This document shows positions 19,460-30,586 of a DNA stretch of 64,000 nt, piece by piece. Position numbers and translations under genes: made by a program. How positions within the stretch are numbered: position 1 is the first letter of the stretch; every line of letters begins with the position of its first letter. The notes below the pieces were generated by a model. The model did no database searches. It saw only the letters and a program-made list of their open reading frames with translations, and was not told the origin of the DNA. The DNA comes from Litorimonas sp. WD9-15 (GTDB lineage: Bacteria > Pseudomonadota > Alphaproteobacteria > Caulobacterales > Maricaulaceae): NCBI RefSeq assembly GCF_050271975.1, contig NZ_CP189850.1, positions 2,282,551 through 2,346,550 on the forward strand, given 5' to 3'.

Positions 19460-22180
19460 TTAGACGAGCATCATGCCGTCATCAGCATCCAACCCGATGA
19501 TATCGTCGGCTGTAATATCAGCAATATCGACACCTTCGAGGACGACAGCAACGCCGCCGCCGAGAGCCAGGATGAGATTTCCATCAAGAACGAAAGCACC
19601 GTCAAGTGCGCCCTGAATTTCAGCTTCTGTAAAGTCTGAGAGGTCGATCATATCCGTGCCATCCTCAAAGTCGGTAATGATATCAACACCATTGCCTTGA
19701 GATGCGACAAACACATCGGCGCCAGCTCCGCCCGTCAGTGTGTCCTGTCCTGCACCACCGTTAAGCGTGTCATTTCCAGACTGACCATTCAGAAGGTCAT
19801 CACCCTCACCACCGGTCAAGCTGTCATCACGACCGCCACCGAGCAGAATGTCATCACCTGTTCCACCATCGAGAATGTCGTTACCGGAACCACCGTTCAA
19901 ACGATCAGCTCCGTCGCCGCCAGACAAGCTGTCATCACCAAGACCACCCTGAATGAAGTCGTCTCCATCATCACCGGATAGGGTATCATTGCCGCTGCCG
20001 CCGCCGAGCGTATCATCGCCGTCGCCGCCAGACGCAAAGTCATCGCCGTCCTCACCAAGAATCATATCATTCCCGGCTTCGCCAAAGAGTGAATCATCAC
20101 CGACTTGACCATTGAGCATGTCATCGCCGTCACCGCCGGCAAGCGTATCGTCGCCGTTTCCGCCGAGAAGTGAGTCGTCTCCGGCTTCGCCAAAGAGCGA
20201 GTCATCACCGGCTTGGCCGTCCATCTCGTCATTGCCGTCCCCACCAACGACTGTGTCATTGCCGGAGCCGCCGAGAAGATCATCATCGCCAGCGCCACCA
20301 TCAACGAAATCATCGCCTGCGCCGCCACTAACGAAATCGTCGCCATCACCGCCAAGGGCTGTATCATTACCAGTTCCGCCTCTCACAACATCGTCACCGG
20401 CACCGCCGTCAACAAAATCATCAAAGCCGCCCCCGTCAACAACATCATCGCCTTCGCCGCCAAAGGCCGTGTCATTACCGGATCCTGCAAACAAGCGATC
20501 ATCACCAGCACCACCATTGAGTGTGTCGTCTCCGCCACCTCCGCCGAGATAGTCATCGCCAGCGCCGCCATTAAGACCATCATCACCGCCACGACCAACT
20601 AGCGTATCATCGCCGTCTTCACCGTAGAAAATATCTACACCCGTGCTGCCGCGCATGATGTCGTTACCTGTGCCGGCAAAGTAAATGGAAGGTAGATTGA
20701 ATGTGTTCTCCATGACATCATCACCATCAGTTCCCATATCGAGATCAGCGATGAAAGTCAGGCGTGTTGTTTCATTAGAGTCTACATCGAGCTGCGCACC
20801 GTTAAAGAGGCGTACGTCAACGGCTGCAATATCTGTTTCAACAATTGCGCGAAGCATCTCTTCAGTGAAGGCAAACCCGACGGCACTAGCGTCAGCTGGA
20901 ACTTGAATACGGTCTGTAATACTTGTGCCGTCCAAAGTTGTCACTTCAATGCCAACAGAACCAGGCAACGAGAAGAAGAGCGATTCCGCGTCCAAAACAA
21001 CATTGATCCCGGCTGATCCGCCGCCAAAGCCAATAAATGTCGGACTAGCAACAGTCGGCGTGAATGGAAGACCATCAAACTCGTTCACGAGTGGAGTATC
21101 CTCGGGAATAATGACTGTATAGAAAAGGTCTTGAAGAACTGCGAGTTCAAGAAGGCCTATTTCAGCGACATCGCCACGGTTTGAGGCCGGATTCATCAGT
21201 GCAATCGCTGTGTCAGCAATTGATCCATCAGGATTGAATAATGCGAAATGCGAGACGTCTGAACCACCGCTGTTAAAGGTCGTCTCTAACTGAACTTCTG
21301 TTCCGTAAACGTCGACGACATTAGCGCCATCATATGTGGCAGAGAGGAAATCTTCGCCGATGTCTTCAAAATCAACGCTTAAGCCATAAGTTGACTCAAT
21401 TGGTCCACCATTGAATATCACATCCTCTCCCGAATTATCCCGGAAAGAGAAAAAGCCGAAACCATGCAGGAGCTCATGCACAAGAATTGAAACATAGTCC
21501 AAAGAACCTGCCGGAACAACGCGGTCAGGGTCTGTACCAAAGAAGGCAGACGGCTGTGTGAGGAAATCTGTGTTGATGTTTACAAAAATATCAACCGCAT
21601 CGCCATTCGGGTCCTGTCCAGTCACCATTTCGATCTGCGTACCCGTCAGAATTTCCTGAACGCCATCAACTTGTCCACCAAAGAACAAAGCCGCCGCACC
21701 AGCAGAGGCAAGAACACTTGGGCCTTGTTGTACGAGGCTAATCCCAACTTCGATGGAAGCGCCATCCGCACCAACAAGGAACTGACCCAGATATTCCATT
21801 GCGGCCGTTGCAACTTCGACCACGAGTGGGATAAAGTCGTTCAGCTCATCATTACCACCATTATCGACGAAGAAGTCGAAACCGAAATTTGAAGTCGGCG
21901 CCGTGAGGCCCGGAATAGCATTTGTTGCAAAAACGCCCGGCTGTCCTGTAAATGCAGAGGCCGAACCTTCACCAACCGGAATACCACGGTCGAGCATGGC
22001 TTCAACAAATGAGCTGTCGAGTTGTACCAGCTCCAGACCGTCAAATGGATTGCGGGTCGCATTTGGGTTCAAAGTCGACGTCATATTGAAATTAGACCCG
22101 AAGTCCATTTCAACGCCCGCGCCGCCATCAATCAGGACATTGTCCTCATACAAATCGTTCAAATCGAAAATAAAGCTCAT
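19460..22180 (-). CDS. paralogous RTX-repeat protein with N-terminal HExxH domain; probable type I secretion substrate
   Basis: 906 aa; [22 protein letters not shown] aligns with paralogue; C-terminal RTX nonapeptide array (GGAGDD..., GGDGDD...). Confidence 0.85.
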   Translation of the reverse strand: MSFIFDLNDLYEDNVLIDGGAGVEMDFGSNFNMTSTLNPNATRNPFDGLELVQLDSSFVEAMLDRGIPVGEGSASAFTGQPGVFATNAIPGLTAPTSNFGFDFFVDNGGNDELNDFIPLVVEVATAAMEYLGQFLVGADGASIEVGISLVQQGPSVLASAGAAALFFGGQVDGVQEILTGTQIEMVTGQDPNGDAVDIFVNINTDFLTQPSAFFGTDPDRVVPAGSLDYVSILVHELLHGFGFFSFRDNSGEDVIFNGGPIESTYGLSVDFEDIGEDFLSATYDGANVVDVYGTEVQLETTFNSGGSDVSHFALFNPDGSIADTAIALMNPASNRGDVAEIGLLELAVLQDLFYTVIIPEDTPLVNEFDGLPFTPTVASPTFIGFGGGSAGINVVLDAESLFFSLPGSVGIEVTTLDGTSITDRIQVPADASAVGFAFTEEMLRAIVETDIAAVDVRLFNGAQLDVDSNETTRLTFIADLDMGTDGDDVMENTFNLPSIYFAGTGNDIMRGSTGVDIFYGEDGDDTLVGRGGDDGLNGGAGDDYLGGGGGDDTLNGGAGDDRLFAGSGNDTAFGGEGDDVVDGGGFDDFVDGGAGDDVVRGGTGNDTALGGDGDDFVSGGAGDDFVDGGAGDDDLLGGSGNDTVVGGDGNDEMDGQAGDDSLFGEAGDDSLLGGNGDDTLAGGDGDDMLNGQVGDDSLFGEAGNDMILGEDGDDFASGGDGDDTLGGGSGNDTLSGDDGDDFIQGGLGDDSLSGGDGADRLNGGSGNDILDGGTGDDILLGGGRDDSLTGGEGDDLLNGQSGNDTLNGGAGQDTLTGGAGADVFVASQGNGVDIITDFEDGTDMIDLSDFTEAEIQGALDGAFVLDGNLILALGGGVAVVLEGVDIADITADDIIGLDADDGMMLV

Positions 22181-22311
22181 CGTCCCACCCTTTGGATACA
22201 GTTATAGTTGTTAACACTTTGATAACCTTTTTCAGGCGGGTCAAAGAAAAAATACTAAAAGGCGAGTATATGGGGGGCTTTACGTCTTATAATTCAGTAA
22301 ATTGATTTAGG

Positions 22312-22674
22312 TTAAGATGCTGCCTCAACCCAAACGCCCAATTCGTTACCGCTAGGGTCCATAAAGTGGAATCTTTTCCCGCCAGGGAAATTATAGGTCG
22401 GCACTTTGATCGTTCCGCCTGCTGTCACAATGGCGGATTCGGTGGCGGCAAGGTCGTCAGAGTAAAGTATAATAAAGGCGCCTGCAGGTTGCGGCGAGAT
22501 ATAGGTTTTATCCGCATCAAATCCGCCCTCAATTCCGGCTCCGTGAAAAGCGGCATAAGTCGGACCGTAATCCGTAAATGTCCAGCCGAAGACCGTGCCG
22601 TAAAACGCCTTCATATCAGTGACACTCAGCGCAGGCAGTTCGATATAATGGATTTTATGGTGATTATCCGACAC
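22312..22674 (-). CDS. VOC (glyoxalase/bleomycin-resistance) family protein
   Basis: 120 aa; two beta-alpha-beta-beta-beta modules typical of VOC fold. Confidence 0.7.
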   Translation of the reverse strand: MSDNHHKIHYIELPALSVTDMKAFYGTVFGWTFTDYGPTYAAFHGAGIEGGFDADKTYISPQPAGAFIILYSDDLAATESAIVTAGGTIKVPTYNFPGGKRFHFMDPSGNELGVWVEAAS

Positions 22675-22686
22675 GGCTTGCCCTCT

Positions 22687-23313
22687 CTATAAAGTGCGCG
22701 ATTTTCCCGCTTCGACCATATCGAGATCTAGCGGCATCAAGTCCGTCGTTGCGACTTTCGTGCGCGGTTTCTCGAATAGGGTCAATGTCCCGTCAATCAC
22801 GGCGAGGAGCTTTCCGCCGGGCGCGAGTTGTTCGAGCAGGGTTTCGGGTTCGGCCCTGAGCGCATAACCCAGAATAATCCGATCAAAGGGCGCCTGCCCC
22901 GGCCACCCATAACGTCCGTCCCCGTGCCGCGTGACAACATTATGGATACCCAAAAGCTTAAACCGCGCATCTGCCTCCCGGATGAGCGTCTTATAACGCT
23001 CGACCGTGTAGATGCGGGTCGTCATATGAGACAGCAGCGCAGCAAGATAACCCGTTCCCAATCCCGTCGTTAGGACCTTCTGATCCGGTTGTACGTCCAA
23101 GAGCTGTACCATCAGGGCAGAGGTCATGGGCGGCGGCAGGGTCTGCCCGCAGGCAATCGGAATATTGACCGCATCATAGGCGAGTTTGCGTTTGTCCATC
23201 GGCACAAAATGTCGACGCGGCGCGAGTTCGACCGCGCGGAGGACGGCATTCGAAGAAATCCCGCGACTGCGCAGCCGCATAATCATGTCTATCAATCCGG
23301 GATCAATGCTCAC
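22687..23313 (-). CDS. pcm: protein-L-isoaspartate O-methyltransferase
   Basis: SAM-binding VLTTGLGTGY and PCMT pattern; overlaps surE stop as in conserved surE-pcm operon. Confidence 0.85.
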   Translation of the reverse strand: MSIDPGLIDMIMRLRSRGISSNAVLRAVELAPRRHFVPMDKRKLAYDAVNIPIACGQTLPPPMTSALMVQLLDVQPDQKVLTTGLGTGYLAALLSHMTTRIYTVERYKTLIREADARFKLLGIHNVVTRHGDGRYGWPGQAPFDRIILGYALRAEPETLLEQLAPGGKLLAVIDGTLTLFEKPRTKVATTDLMPLDLDMVEAGKSRTL

Positions 23314-24062
23314 GTGAGGAGTTTGGCCAAACTGTCTTCATGCGTCAAATCCGTATGAAGCGGCGTGATACTGACATAGCCGTCATAGATCGCGCGGAGG
23401 TCAGTGCCTTGCGGGGGATCAGATTTCTTCGCGCCGTAAGTCAGCCAGAAATAGTCGCCCCCGCGCGGATGATCCCGACGATCCACACCCGTCATTTGAA
23501 AATCCCGATGGCCTTGGCGGGTGAATTGAACGCCTTTGACTCCGTCAACGGGCGTATCCGGAAAGTTAACATTCGGGACAACGTTTTTCGCCCAGCCTTT
23601 ATCCAGTAAATCGCGCAAGACCTGCGGACCATGCGCCAATGCTGTCTCCCACGGCAGGCTAGACGCGCCTTGAAATCCGCGCGCGAGGGAGAGCGCGACG
23701 GATGGAACGCCCATCTGCATGCCTTGTAGCGCGCCCGCGACCGTGCCGGAAAACGTGACATCCTCGGCCAGGTTCTGCCCACGATTGACGCCCGAGAGGA
23801 TGAGGTCGGGCGGAGAGTCGGGCATTAGGGCTTTCATCGCAACAATAACGGAATCAGTTGGCGTCCCTGTGACCGAGTAAATTCGCTCATCAATTTTCTT
23901 GAGCCGGACAGGGTTATGAAGAGATACCCCACGCGACGCCGCAGACTGTTCCGTATCCGGCGCGCAGGTCCAAACATCACCCGAGATTTGCAGCGCGATT
24001 TCTCGTAGAACAGAAATGCCCCGCGCATTTACGCCATCATCATTAGTAAGGAGGATTTTCAT
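23310..24062 (-). CDS. surE: 5'/3'-nucleotidase SurE
   Basis: MKILLTNDDGVNARGI... canonical SurE N-terminus; 250 aa. Confidence 0.9.
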   Translation of the reverse strand: MKILLTNDDGVNARGISVLREIALQISGDVWTCAPDTEQSAASRGVSLHNPVRLKKIDERIYSVTGTPTDSVIVAMKALMPDSPPDLILSGVNRGQNLAEDVTFSGTVAGALQGMQMGVPSVALSLARGFQGASSLPWETALAHGPQVLRDLLDKGWAKNVVPNVNFPDTPVDGVKGVQFTRQGHRDFQMTGVDRRDHPRGGDYFWLTYGAKKSDPPQGTDLRAIYDGYVSITPLHTDLTHEDSLAKLLT

Positions 24063-25327
24063 CCAACAATTTCCAAACCACCCATATAGGGCACCAACGC
24101 GTCGGGCACGGTCACAGTCCCGTCTTCATTCTGATAATTTTCCAGCACCGCGACGAGAGTCCGCCCCACGGCCAAACCACTGCCGTTTAGGGTATGGACG
24201 AAGCGGTTATCCTTCTCCGCGAATTTATAGCGGGCATTCATGCGGCGGGCTTGGAAGTCTCCGCAATTGGAGATGGAACTGATCTCGCGGTACGTATTCT
24301 GGCTCGGCAACCAGACTTCGATGTCATAGGTCTTCCGCGCCCCAAACCCGAGATCGCCCGTGCAGAGCTCGACGACGCGGTAAGGCAGGTCCAGCTTTTG
24401 CAGGACCAATTCGGCGCAACGCAGCATATTCTTATGTTCGGCCTCGCTGTCATCAGGTTTACAGATGGTGACGAGTTCGACCTTATTGAACTGATGCTGA
24501 CGGATCATGCCCGTCGTATCGCGACCCGCAGATCCGGCTTCAGACCGGAAACAAGGCGTATGCGCTGTCATCCGACGCGGGAGCGTGTCGGCGTCGAGGA
24601 TGGACTCGCGAACGGTGTTGGTTAGGGAGACTTCGGCGGTTGGAATGAGGTAGTGATCCTCTCCGGCGGGGTAGAGATCCTCCGCAAATTTAGGGAGTTG
24701 GCTCGTGCCGTAAAGCGCCTTCGGCCAAACTAGGAATGGCGGGCTCGTCTCCTCAAACCCCTCCGCCGTTTGCATATCCAACATCAACGCAGCGAGCGCG
24801 CGGTCCATCCGGCTCAACGCGCCTCGCAGGATGACAAATCTGGACCCGCTCATCTTCGCCGCCGTCTCAAAATCCATCAGGCCGAGCGCGACACCAATAT
24901 CTTCATGAGACTTCGGCTCGAAATCGAACACGCGGGGCTCACTCCATTTCGTGAGTTCGACATTATCGTCTTCGCTCTCGCCTTCCGGAGTTTCGGCAAA
25001 GGGGATGTTCGGGAGGCTGGAGAGAAGGTCATGCAACATCGCCTTCTCGCTCTCGACCTGTGCGCCCATCGCCGCGATAACGTTCTTCGCGCCCGCGACT
25101 TCGGTTTTCAAACGTTCGGCCTCTTCCTTATCGCCCTTGGCCATCGCTGCGCCGATCAGTTTGGAACTTTTATTTCGAGCGGCTTCGGCCTCTTGCACAA
25201 CTTGCATGGCTTTGCGGATCAGTTTGTCCTGATCGATGATTTTCTTTGTCTGCGGTTCCAATCCGCGCTTCGCCCATAAACGGTCGAATTCCTCGGGATT
25301 TTCGCGGATGGCTTTGATGTCGAACAT
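24059..25327 (-). CDS. serS: serine--tRNA ligase
   Basis: 422 aa; N-terminal coiled-coil MFDIKAIRENPEEF..., class II aaRS motifs. Confidence 0.95.
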   Translation of the reverse strand: MFDIKAIRENPEEFDRLWAKRGLEPQTKKIIDQDKLIRKAMQVVQEAEAARNKSSKLIGAAMAKGDKEEAERLKTEVAGAKNVIAAMGAQVESEKAMLHDLLSSLPNIPFAETPEGESEDDNVELTKWSEPRVFDFEPKSHEDIGVALGLMDFETAAKMSGSRFVILRGALSRMDRALAALMLDMQTAEGFEETSPPFLVWPKALYGTSQLPKFAEDLYPAGEDHYLIPTAEVSLTNTVRESILDADTLPRRMTAHTPCFRSEAGSAGRDTTGMIRQHQFNKVELVTICKPDDSEAEHKNMLRCAELVLQKLDLPYRVVELCTGDLGFGARKTYDIEVWLPSQNTYREISSISNCGDFQARRMNARYKFAEKDNRFVHTLNGSGLAVGRTLVAVLENYQNEDGTVTVPDALVPYMGGLEIVG

Positions 25328-25475
25328 GGGAGTACCTGTTTCGATAAGGGTTATTTTGCGCCGCTATAGACAGGGCTTGCCGCGCGGTAAAGTGCGCGGC
25401 GCGTAAGCTCTGATTAACCAAGAATTCCTATGAAGATTTTGAAATTCTCACAGCTGATTTTCGAAAGACTGTAAC

Positions 25476-26213
25476 ATGTTCTCCCGCCTCGCCATTCCGC
25501 TCGTCTTGTTATTCGTGCCGCTGACGGCACACGCGCAGGAAGACGCCGGATGGACGGGCGAATTTGCCCTGAATGGGTCCGCGACAACGGGCAATAATAA
25601 GACCACAGATGTCGGCTTTGCCACGAAAATTTCCAATCGTGGCAGCGACTGGCGGCATAATTTCAAAGCCAGCGCAGATTATGGCCGCAATAGCGGGAAC
25701 ACAAATAAGCGTCGCTACCGTCTCGGCTATAAAATAGGACGTGACCTCGCCTCGCGTGTCTATGGCTTTGCCAATGCTGATTATTATAGCGATGATTTTG
25801 GCGCCTATAAACATGGCCGTTTTCTTGGCGCGGGTGTCGGTTATTCCGTTCTCGTCGACGGTCCGACACTTTGGCGATTGGAAAGCGGTGCAGGTTACCG
25901 TTCGCAGAAAGCGCGCCTCGCAGCCGGCACACCCGGCGGTGAAGCCAGTCGGGAGGAGGAATTTGCCTCCGCCAGACTCTTCTCTGATTTTGAGCATCTT
26001 TTTCATGAAAATTTCAAAGTCACAAACGATACGGAACTCTTCTATTCTGACATTGACACGTTCTTCATCAATGAAGTCGCGGCCACCTCCAAAATGTTTG
26101 ATCGCCTCGCCCTGCGTGTCAGTTTCCGCGTTGAAACGCATACAGATGTCCCTGAGGGTCGTGAAAAGACCGACACGATCAGTCGCATCGGGATTGTCTA
26201 CACCATGAAATAG
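25476..26213 (+). CDS. DUF481-family outer-membrane beta-barrel protein
   Basis: 245 aa; signal peptide ...LTAHAQ; alternating beta-strand pattern, terminal aromatic. Confidence 0.65.
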   Translation: MFSRLAIPLVLLFVPLTAHAQEDAGWTGEFALNGSATTGNNKTTDVGFATKISNRGSDWRHNFKASADYGRNSGNTNKRRYRLGYKIGRDLASRVYGFANADYYSDDFGAYKHGRFLGAGVGYSVLVDGPTLWRLESGAGYRSQKARLAAGTPGGEASREEEFASARLFSDFEHLFHENFKVTNDTELFYSDIDTFFINEVAATSKMFDRLALRVSFRVETHTDVPEGREKTDTISRIGIVYTMK

Positions 26214-26228
26214 GCGCAGAATGGGAAC

Positions 26229-26726
26229 ATGTTGTCCCACTTGCTCCTGATGCGTCACGCAAAATCCTCTTGGTCGGACGGAAGCCTAAGCGATCACGAG
26301 CGCCCATTGAATGAACGTGGCAAAACCGCGGCGACCAATGTTGGCGCGGCGCTCACGGCCAGAGGCTACGCACTCGATACAATATGGAGCTCTGACTCTA
26401 AACGCACGCGCGAAACGGCGATGCGCCTTATCCGCGTTACACCGGGGGCGCAGACCGTCAATTATACGCCGGACTTCTACCATGCGGGCGTCCAAGATGT
26501 TCTGCGGGTTTGCGGCATCACGCCGGAACCTGACGGCGCATTAATGCTACTGGGGCATAATCCGGGTTGGTCGGACCTCCACCACTATTTCACAGGGCAG
26601 CCCCATGATTATCCGACGGGGGCTTGCACAGTTCTGAAACGCGTCCCGAAAGGCCAGAGCGACTGGCTAGACCCGAAAGCGTGGCGATTTGTCGATCTTA
26701 TTTTACCGCGAGATCTGGAAGCATGA
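26229..26726 (+). CDS. histidine phosphatase superfamily protein (SixA-like phosphohistidine phosphatase)
   Basis: LLLMRHAKSSW (RHG motif) and HNPGWSDL second His motif. Confidence 0.75.
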   Translation: MLSHLLLMRHAKSSWSDGSLSDHERPLNERGKTAATNVGAALTARGYALDTIWSSDSKRTRETAMRLIRVTPGAQTVNYTPDFYHAGVQDVLRVCGITPEPDGALMLLGHNPGWSDLHHYFTGQPHDYPTGACTVLKRVPKGQSDWLDPKAWRFVDLILPRDLEA

Positions 26727-26935
26727 GGTCCGGCAAGACGTCGGCTATTATCCGGCTCGCTCTCTCAATCTTTTTCTTCCCCGCCGTCTTTGGCACCATG
26801 ATCTGGCTCTGGATGACCGGGCAGCATTGGGTATGGGGTGTTTTAGTGATTGCAGCCGTCTTAATCTTTGATCCGATCTACCGGATTATCGGAGGCTCAA
26901 TTTTAAGCTGGCGACCACATCCACGCGACAAATAA
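26723..26935 (+). CDS. small hypothetical membrane protein
   Basis: ATG overlaps upstream stop (ATGA); 70 aa with two hydrophobic helices. Confidence 0.35.
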   Translation: MRSGKTSAIIRLALSIFFFPAVFGTMIWLWMTGQHWVWGVLVIAAVLIFDPIYRIIGGSILSWRPHPRDK

Positions 26936-26970
26936 AAAAAGACCCTGCGCCTGGGGAAGACACAGGGTCT
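26933..26970. terminator. bidirectional terminator hairpin (gaccctg...cagggtc) with A-run upstream and T/A-run downstream
   Basis: 7-bp perfect stem between convergent genes; poly-A on plus strand gives T-run for minus-strand gene at 27101. Confidence 0.6.
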
Positions 26971-27100
26971 ATAAAAATTTCGGGCCAAGGGGATAGACCC
27001 GAATAGCGTCAACCAACAAGGGACCTGCAGTCGGTTAACAACATAGTTACGCAATACCTTAGCAAGTCAGATTTATCCGCAGTTAAAATTTTGCGGGTTT

Positions 27101-27514
27101 TTAACCCAGCTTTCCACCGACGCTCAGCAGCGTGTCCTCGCGCCGCAGCATCCAGAGCAAGCCCATCGCAGCCGCAGCGGGAATAGCGGCGAGGAAGAGT
27201 TGGTTAAAGCCTTCGGTGCCCATGATGTAGGCCGGCAAAGCAATCAGAATTGCGCCCGCATGAAGAATAAAGACGAGGCCGTAGCTCACGGATTTCTTCA
27301 ATCCGATAAGAAACGCAATGAGCAAAGCCATCCAGAATACGCCAATCACAAGCCCCAAGGAGTCGGACAGGCCGGAGACGTGGTAGTATTTTTTGGCAAT
27401 CCCGCTCGCGGATTCAGGACTCGTAAATCGCATGATCTGCCAAGGCAGCAGGAAGTAGAAAATAGAAAGCCGCGTCAGGAAAAGCGCAGGTTTCAGGAAT
27501 TTAGTTTCAGTCAT
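27101..27514 (-). CDS. DoxX-like small integral membrane protein
   Basis: 137 aa, four hydrophobic segments. Confidence 0.45.
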   Translation of the reverse strand: MTETKFLKPALFLTRLSIFYFLLPWQIMRFTSPESASGIAKKYYHVSGLSDSLGLVIGVFWMALLIAFLIGLKKSVSYGLVFILHAGAILIALPAYIMGTEGFNQLFLAAIPAAAAMGLLWMLRREDTLLSVGGKLG

Positions 27515-27587
27515 AGCAAGTCTCTCAATTGATTTGCGCGCCCCCTAACAGGAACGTGCATCAACTGGGAGACACGAAAACGAGAGC

Positions 27588-28916
27588 CTAAGCCGTTTCG
27601 CCGTGCAGACGCGCTTTCGCTTTTTCCGCACCGAGCAGGACCAGCATATCATCCATGGACGGACCATGCGCTTGCGCGGTTAGAGCGAGGCGGAGCGGCA
27701 TGAACAGCCCCTTTCCCTTACGACCTGTCTCAGTCTTCAAATAACCGATGAGTTCGGACCATGTTTCCGGCAGGACCGTGTCGGGCAGAAAATCCGCTGC
27801 GGCGTGACAAAAGTCTTTGTCTTCCTCCGCAATCTCACCCGCCATGGGTTTCAGGACGATATCGGCCCAGTCATCAACGTCGGAGATTTTCTCGATATTC
27901 GCGCGAACGATATTCCAGAACGCGGCATCACCCGGCACGCGGTCCGCGACGGCGTCATAATGCGTTTCATGGAGGAGTTTGGCGTTGAGAGCTGTCAGGT
28001 CTCTTTCATCAAATCGCGCGGGCGCACGGCCAATCTTGTCGAATGAAAATTCTGAGGCCAGCGCCTCAAGACTGTGACGAATTTCAACCGAATCCGACGT
28101 TCCGATTTTTGCGAGGAGCGACGCAATCGACATCGGTTCAATCCCCTGCTCCCGCAGTTCCAACATGGAGAGCGAGCCGAGGCGTTTGGAGAGTGATTTT
28201 CCATCCGCACCAACGAGGAGCGGCGTATGCGCGAATTGCGGTAGATGGTCTGAGAGCGCTCGAAAAATTTCAATCTGCGCGCCACTATTCGTGACGTGAT
28301 CTTCGCCGCGAATGACATGCGTGATCTTGGCCTCAATATCGTCGACAACACTGGGTAATGTGTAGAGATAGGACCCGTCGCCGCGAATAAGGACCGGGTC
28401 AGAGAGCGAAGACATGTCTATCGTCTGATCACCGCGCACCATATCCGTCCACGTCACCGTCCCGCCGGAAAGTTTAAACCGCCAATGCGGGGTCCGCCCT
28501 TCCGCTTCATAGGCGGACTTTTGTTCATCCGTCAGCTCCAGCGCCGCGCGATTATAGACAGGCGGTTTGCCCGCAACGCGCAGGAGTTTCCTCTGGCGGT
28601 CGAGTTCGTCCGAAGTTTCATAACAGGCATAGAGCAGACCGTCGGCTTTCAACTTCGCTGCCGCTGCGTCATACATGCCGAAACGCTCGGATTGTTTGAA
28701 CGTCCTGCCCCATGTCACGCCGAGCCATGACAGGTCATCTTTGATGCCCTGCTCAAATTCCGCCGTAGACCGTTCCAGATCCGTGTCATCAATGCGTAGG
28801 ATGAAGGTCCCCTGCTCTGCCTGCGCGAATAGCGCATTCATCAGGGCGGTACGGACATTGCCGACATGGAGGCGACCCGTCGGGGACGGCGCAAAGCGAA
28901 CAATAGGAGTGGACAT
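27588..28916 (-). CDS. gltX: glutamate--tRNA ligase
   Basis: 442 aa; FAPSPTGRLHVGNVRTAL (HIGH) and class I KMSKS-equivalent KLSKR. Confidence 0.9.
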   Translation of the reverse strand: MSTPIVRFAPSPTGRLHVGNVRTALMNALFAQAEQGTFILRIDDTDLERSTAEFEQGIKDDLSWLGVTWGRTFKQSERFGMYDAAAAKLKADGLLYACYETSDELDRQRKLLRVAGKPPVYNRAALELTDEQKSAYEAEGRTPHWRFKLSGGTVTWTDMVRGDQTIDMSSLSDPVLIRGDGSYLYTLPSVVDDIEAKITHVIRGEDHVTNSGAQIEIFRALSDHLPQFAHTPLLVGADGKSLSKRLGSLSMLELREQGIEPMSIASLLAKIGTSDSVEIRHSLEALASEFSFDKIGRAPARFDERDLTALNAKLLHETHYDAVADRVPGDAAFWNIVRANIEKISDVDDWADIVLKPMAGEIAEEDKDFCHAAADFLPDTVLPETWSELIGYLKTETGRKGKGLFMPLRLALTAQAHGPSMDDMLVLLGAEKAKARLHGETA

Positions 28917-30586
28917 TAAATCTCACCTTCAGGAATCTTATCGCGATAGCGATTTGTGATCGGGTAGCGGCGGTCGCGCCCGAAATTCTTTGTGCCGATT
29001 TTCACACCCGGTGGCGCTTGGCGGCGTTTATATTCAGCGATGTAGAGCAGATTTTGAATCCGTTTCACATCCGCCTCGCTATGGCCGCGCAGCAATATCT
29101 CTTCAATCGGCAATTCCAGTTCGATGAGGCACAGCAATAGATCATCCAGCACGTCATATTCGGGCAAGCTGTCACTGTCTTTCTGGTCATCGCGGAGTTC
29201 TGCAGAGGGTGGTTTTGTAATGATACGTAACGGAATGGGGGCATCCGCGCCGAGTAGGTCTTCCGGTGTATTCGCATTCCGCCAATGGGCGAGTTGGAAG
29301 ACTTCGGTCTTATAAACGTCTTTCAACGGATTATATCCACCGCACATATCACCATAGAGCGTGGCGTATCCCACGGCCATTTCCGACTTATTGCCCGTTG
29401 TCACGAGCATCGGTCCGAACTTGTTGGACAGTGCCATGAGGGTCAGGGCGCGGCTGCGGGATTGGATGTTTTCTTCCGCCGTTGAGGGTTCAAGATCACC
29501 AAAAAATGGCGCTAACATTTCATCAAATGCGTCAATCGCGGGCTTAATCGGGATGGAATCGTAACGACATCCTAGACGTTCACAGCACTGTTCCGCGTCA
29601 GTAAGTGAGTCGCCGGATGTGTATTTCGTCGGCATCATAACCGCCCAAACCCGGTCGGGGCCGAGTGCATCAACGGCAATCGTTGCCGCCATGGCACTAT
29701 CTATACCGCCGCTCATGCCCAAAATAATTTGCTTGAAACCGTTCTTATTGACGTAATCGCCGAGGCCCAAACACATGGCACGCCAGTCGGCTTCATAACC
29801 GGAAAGTTGGACTTCCTGTTTGGCCGCGACGCAAGTCCAGACACCGTCAATTTTCTCCCATGTCGCGACGTCGTAATCGTCCACAAAGCTCTTGAGCGAT
29901 TGAACGATTTCGCCGGTGGCTGACATCGAAAAACTCGACCCGTCAAAGACCAATTCATCCTGCCCGCCGACCTGATTCACATAGACGAGCGGGAGGCCTT
30001 CGGTGATAACTTTATCGCCCATCGCCGCCGCGCGTTCCGACAATGCCGTACGCCGCCACGGGGAGCCATTCGGAGAAATCATCAGTTCCGCGCCGGCGCG
30101 GTCCAAATGCGCCGCAACCGTGTCTTGCCAGAGGTCTTCGCAGATCGGGAGGCCAATCGAAACACCATTAAAATCAATAGGCTGAGGCAGTGGACCTCGT
30201 GTGAAAACACGGGCCTCATCAAAGACACCGTAATTAGGCAAATGATGTTTAAACCGAATATCCGTGATCTCTCCACCCCGCATAAACAGCGCCGCATTAT
30301 AGAGATTTCCGTCCGCTTTCCACGGCGCGGAAAACACGATTGCGGGACCGTTTTTCGTCGCTTTCGCGAGACGCTCACAGGCGGTTTTGCAATCCGTCAC
30401 AGCGGACGGGCGCAGGACCAAATCTTCGGGCGCATAACCGATAATAAACAGCTCTGAAAAGACGATAATATCCGCGCCATCCGCTTTCGCTTTGGCGTAA
30501 TGATTTTCCGCTTTTTTCAAATTGCCGGGGATATCCCCGACGACCGGATTAGCTTGGATGGAGGCGATTTTGAGACGTGTTGTCAT
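28916..30586 (-). CDS. nadE: glutamine-dependent NAD+ synthetase (N-terminal CN-hydrolase + C-terminal NAD synthase)
   Basis: Start at MTTRLKIASIQANP; nitrilase-type domain followed by PP-loop ILGMSGGIDSA; stop overlaps gltX start by 1 nt. Confidence 0.9.
   Translation of the reverse strand: MTTRLKIASIQANPVVGDIPGNLKKAENHYAKAKADGADIIVFSELFIIGYAPEDLVLRPSAVTDCKTACERLAKATKNGPAIVFSAPWKADGNLYNAALFMRGGEITDIRFKHHLPNYGVFDEARVFTRGPLPQPIDFNGVSIGLPICEDLWQDTVAAHLDRAGAELMISPNGSPWRRTALSERAAAMGDKVITEGLPLVYVNQVGGQDELVFDGSSFSMSATGEIVQSLKSFVDDYDVATWEKIDGVWTCVAAKQEVQLSGYEADWRAMCLGLGDYVNKNGFKQIILGMSGGIDSAMAATIAVDALGPDRVWAVMMPTKYTSGDSLTDAEQCCERLGCRYDSIPIKPAIDAFDEMLAPFFGDLEPSTAEENIQSRSRALTLMALSNKFGPMLVTTGNKSEMAVGYATLYGDMCGGYNPLKDVYKTEVFQLAHWRNANTPEDLLGADAPIPLRIITKPPSAELRDDQKDSDSLPEYDVLDDLLLCLIELELPIEEILLRGHSEADVKRIQNLLYIAEYKRRQAPPGVKIGTKNFGRDRRYPITNRYRDKIPEGEI

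Noticed and set aside
25509-26258. 249-aa minus-strand ORF
   Set aside because: Antisense to the DUF481 outer-membrane protein gene, which has a signal peptide and a beta-barrel pattern.
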